Shown here piece after piece: positions 61,749 to 64,000 of a stretch of 64,000 nt of DNA (its first letter is position 1; the number at the start of each line of letters is the position of its first letter). This stretch comes from an uncultured delta proteobacterium. GTDB lineage: Bacteria > Desulfobacterota > Binatia > UBA9968. The notes under the pieces were generated by a model. That model was not told the DNA's origin and did not search any database. It saw only the letters and a list, made by a program, of their open reading frames with translations. Made by a program: the position numbers and the translations under genes. The stretch spans positions 128,001 to 192,000 of the forward strand of contig CAWDPO010000015.1 in assembly GCA_963804165.1 (NCBI GenBank), given 5' to 3'.

Positions 61749-63221
61749 ATGAGCGAAGTAAAGTTTGTCGATACAACATTGCGTGACGGTCAAGCGAGCC
61801 TGTGGGCCGAGAACATGCGCACCGGCATGATGCTTGCCGTCGCCGATCGCATCGATAACGCGGGCTTTCAGGCAATCGAGCTGATCGCTTCGAGCCACAT
61901 CAAAAAGTGCGTGCGCGAATTGCGCGAGGATCCGTTCGAGCGCATGCGCGTGGTGGCGAAGAAAATCACCCGGACCCCGCTGCGCGCCATCGGCTCGGAA
62001 CGGCTAAGCGCCTTTGAGTTGACTCCCGATTCGGTGAACGATCTCTGGTTCGAGCGCATGGTCGCCAACGGCATCAAACAGATTCGTATCTCGAATCCGT
62101 CCAACGATCCGGCGGGCTGGAAAAAGTCCGTTACGCGGGCCAATCGCAACGGGTTACGGACGGTGTTGAATCTGATTTTTTCAGTCTCGCCGAAACATTC
62201 GGACGAATATTACGCGCGCAAGGCGCGCGCTGCCGCCGCGCTCAAGCCCGACTTCATCTGTCTCAAAGATCCCGGTGGCTTGCTGACCCCGGAGCGCACC
62301 ATTGTGTTGATTCAAGTGATACAGCGCGAGGCGCCGGGATTTCCCATCGAGCTCCATGTGCACTGTACCACGGGGCTCGGCCCGCTGTGCGCGCTGGAAG
62401 CGATCAGGCTCGGCGTCGAGATCATCGACACTTCGGTACCGCCGTTGGCTAACGCTTCATCGAATCCGTCGATTTTCAATGTCGCGCAAAACTGCCGCGC
62501 GCTCGGCTATTCCCCGATCATCGATGAAAAAGCTTTGAAATCAGTCGAAGCGGATCTGACGTTTATCGCCAAGCGAGAGAACATGCCGCTCGGCGCTCCG
62601 GTGGAATACGACTACAGCCAATACGTTCATCAAGTCCCCGGCGGGATGATCTCTAACTTGCATTTTCAGCTCAAGAACTTGAGTATGCTCGATCGCCTTC
62701 CGGAAGTCCTGGAAGAATGCGTGCGGGTGCGCGAAGAATTGGGCTTCCCGATCATGGTGACGCCGCTCTCGCAATTCGTCGGCAGCCAAGCCGCCATCAA
62801 CGTCATCAAAGGCGAGCGCTACGCTCAGGTGACCGATCAAGTGATCCAATACGCCACCGGCCACTGGGGCGAGGAGGCGGCAGCTGAAGTCGAGCCGAGC
62901 ATCAAAGCAAAGATTTTGGACCGGTCGCGCGCCAAGGAGTTTGCCAAATGGCAACCCCCGCAGCCGACGATTCAAGAATTGCGCGCCAACCTCGGCGGCC
63001 CGAGCTTGAGCGACGACGAATTGCTGATGCGCTACGTCGTCGGCAACGACGACGTCCAGGCCATGCGCGCCGCTGGGGCGCCTAAAGACTATAGCGACAC
63101 TCGCAACCCGCTTCTCGCCTTATTGCGCGAACTGACTCAACGTCAGGATTGTAGCCAGATCTACATCCGCAAGGACGGGTTTTCGTTGGCGTTGGAAAAG
63201 CACAGAAATTCCCCTGGCTGA
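61749..63221 (+). CDS. Pyruvate carboxylase/oxaloacetate decarboxylase-type carboxyltransferase without biotinyl domain
   Basis: DTTLRDG, LKDPGGLL, HVHCTTG, HQVPGGMISN, VTPLSQFVG; no MK biotin motif. Confidence 0.88.
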   Translation: MSEVKFVDTTLRDGQASLWAENMRTGMMLAVADRIDNAGFQAIELIASSHIKKCVRELREDPFERMRVVAKKITRTPLRAIGSERLSAFELTPDSVNDLWFERMVANGIKQIRISNPSNDPAGWKKSVTRANRNGLRTVLNLIFSVSPKHSDEYYARKARAAAALKPDFICLKDPGGLLTPERTIVLIQVIQREAPGFPIELHVHCTTGLGPLCALEAIRLGVEIIDTSVPPLANASSNPSIFNVAQNCRALGYSPIIDEKALKSVEADLTFIAKRENMPLGAPVEYDYSQYVHQVPGGMISNLHFQLKNLSMLDRLPEVLEECVRVREELGFPIMVTPLSQFVGSQAAINVIKGERYAQVTDQVIQYATGHWGEEAAAEVEPSIKAKILDRSRAKEFAKWQPPQPTIQELRANLGGPSLSDDELLMRYVVGNDDVQAMRAAGAPKDYSDTRNPLLALLRELTQRQDCSQIYIRKDGFSLALEKHRNSPG

Positions 63222-63299
63222 TTTTAGTTAGTCCGATATCTTCTAGCGACTGGCCGTCGGCAATCCGCTGAATCCTTCTGGAAAACAACGCACGACTTA

Positions 63300-63422
63300 T
63301 GTCATCCTGAGCATCGGACCGTGCGAAAGCACCGACAGAAGTGAAATACTTATGCGTTCGCGCTGAGCGCGGTCGAGGGCTCCGACAGGGTTTTCAAACA
63401 GTCTGGCATCGCGAAGGATCTC
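63300..63422. repeat. Degenerate or nested REP-like element
   Basis: TGTCATCCTGAGCATC ... CTGAGCGCGGTCGAGGG ... GCGAAGGATCTC. Confidence 0.55.
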
Positions 63423-63465
63423 ATCCTAATTTCTGCCTGGAAGGAAAACTAACCTTGACAGTCAG

Positions 63466-64000
63466 ATGATCTCCCTGCTGCTCAAACGTTTCTCGCACGG
63501 CGTCGTCGTCCTGTGGGCCGTGGCCACACTCACCTTTGCCCTATTACGAGTCGCGCCCGGCGGTCCCTTCGACAGCGAGCGAAAGCTACCGCCGGAAATC
63601 ATCGCCAATCTTGAAGCTAAATATCATCTCAATGAACCGTTGTGGGAGCAGTATCTACGCTATCTCGCCGGAATTGCCCGCGGCGATCTCGGCCCCTCTT
63701 ATAAATATCTCGACCGCGCCGTGACCCAAATCATCGCCGATACTTTACCGACGTCGGCGTTGCTCGGGACGCTCGCGCTCATATTCGCGCTGCTGGTCGC
63801 GTTTCCGCTCGGACTGTGCGCCGCCTATTATCGCGATTCGATCGTCGACCGTTGTTGCATTTTCGTGGCGACGCTCGGCATCTCGCTGCCTAACTTTATT
63901 CTCGGCGCTTTACTGATTTGGGCGGTTGCTTTGCAACTCGGCTGGCTTCAGGCCGGCCGTTGGGATGCCTGGAGCAGCGTGATCCTGCCTACGATGACCC
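63466..64000 (+). CDS. oppB: Oligopeptide ABC permease (runs off the window end)
   Basis: MISLLLKRF...APGGPFDSERKLPPEI...KYHLNEPLWEQYLRYL...GDLGPSYKY. Confidence 0.9.
   Translation, partial: MISLLLKRFSHGVVVLWAVATLTFALLRVAPGGPFDSERKLPPEIIANLEAKYHLNEPLWEQYLRYLAGIARGDLGPSYKYLDRAVTQIIADTLPTSALLGTLALIFALLVAFPLGLCAAYYRDSIVDRCCIFVATLGISLPNFILGALLIWAVALQLGWLQAGRWDAWSSVILPTMT

Overview
GC-rich bacterial chromosomal window. The expanded NMT1/SsuA-type binding proteins, Bug/TctC proteins, amidohydrolase_2 enzymes and REP styles suggest a Deltaproteobacteria-like lineage such as Ca. Binatia (inference only). 0-17.6 kb holds uup, a DegP-like protease, an LLM oxidoreductase, an LpxL-like acyltransferase, MEKHLA, TAXI and SBP proteins, a flavoprotein and several unknown proteins. 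17.7-34.2 kb is a minus-strand housekeeping block (pyrR, pyrB fusion, carA, carB, recG; alaC, hom, apgM, glpX; dus, maf). 34.8-57.8 kb is a catabolic region with a 3-hydroxyanthranilate dioxygenase-like gene, UbiD, two orphan Mo-hydroxylase large subunits, amidohydrolases and many orphan binding proteins. 57.9-64 kb is oppA, accB, accC, a carboxyltransferase and a truncated oppB. Best candidates for novelty: (1) an aspartate carbamoyltransferase fused to a PyrI-type Zn domain and a second, divergent PyrR-like domain, downstream of a stand-alone PyrR and a clear PyrR RNA leader; (2) an unannotated 48-aa zinc-ribbon gene paired with ubiD; (3) a signal-less NMT1-fold protein that may be an enzyme; (4) a three-gene biotin carboxylase splitting the opp operon. 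Six genes between 40 and 56.5 kb carry frameshifts or an in-frame stop, which may be assembly errors. No rRNA, tRNA, CRISPR array or transposase was recognised. All assignments come from motif recognition by eye; no searches were run.
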